Virus record (IMG/VR): IMGVR_UViG_3300027747_001183
Source of the DNA: a virus
Length of the DNA stretch: 64,000 nucleotides
Reading direction: 5' to 3' (one strand)
The stretch's first letter is position 1; each line of letters begins with the position of its first letter. The notes beneath the pieces were generated by a model, which had not been told where the DNA came from, did no database searches, and saw nothing but the letters and a program-made list of their open reading frames with translations. Made by a program: the position numbers and the translations under genes. Below are positions 63,796 to 64,000 of the stretch, in pieces.

Positions 63796-63999
63796 TCATC
63801 CATAGCAAGTTACGTTGCCGCTTCCAGCAGAAGCGTAGGGATTGCAGTGTGCCCCTCCCAGCGGTACGCAGTTGACGTCTGCAGATGCTGGATCGTTGAC
63901 TACTACCACTTTCTTACCGTTGATCTTTACTGTAGTGCCGGCGGGGTTTAGTTGCCCGCCGGTCTCACTGTTCTGGTCTTGGTCTACTGCCCATAGCTT
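63796..63999 (-). CDS. PAAR-like spike tip protein (gp5.4-like), 5' end outside window
   Basis: Manual translation ..LWAVDQD...GG.L....TVKINGKKVVVVND....D..C...GAHCNP.ASAGSGNV. Confidence 0.7.
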   Translation of the reverse strand, partial: KLWAVDQDQNSETGGQLNPAGTTVKINGKKVVVVNDPASADVNCVPLGGAHCNPYASAGSGNVTCYG

Positions 64000-64000
64000 G

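Noticed and set aside
63796-64000. Frameshift in the PAAR-like gene
   Set aside because: Re-reading shows a continuous frame (CVPLGGAHCNP); it is only truncated by the window edge

Overview
64-kb segment of a large lytic T4-like myovirus genome, almost entirely on the - strand. DUF1127, a ROSE-like hsp20 leader and a secreted glycine-zipper protein suggest an alphaproteobacterial host (inference). Reading in the direction of transcription (right to left): virion module (PAAR gp5.4-like, gp13-gp20, gp67-like, a ~1030-aa modular core/internal protein, gp21, gp22, gp23); gp3-uvsY-uvsW-gp55-gp47-gp46-peptide deformylase; a DNA-modification cluster (DenV-like, MazG-type NTPase, DenB-like, Nmad1-like, gp42 dCMP hydroxymethylase, dCMP deaminase, UDG-like, beta-glucosyltransferase homologue, NDP-sugar epimerase, UDP-glucose dehydrogenase, C5 methyltransferase-like, DUF3310); gp45-gp44-gp62-regA; small early genes behind repeated promoter cassettes; radical SAM genes; hsp20, gp43, uvsX, gp41; and a tRNA region. 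The window holds 12 intact tRNAs plus chimeric or truncated tRNAs and several unexplained structured RNAs. Top leads: (1) a hydroxymethylcytosine pathway coupled to its own UDP-sugar oxidation/epimerisation genes, suggesting a non-glucose (uronic-acid-type) DNA hypermodification; (2) a head polyprotein built from cassettes joined at identical 25-nt repeats that encode protease-site-like linkers; (3) candidate ncRNAs among the tRNAs. All calls come from motif recognition by eye; no searches were run.
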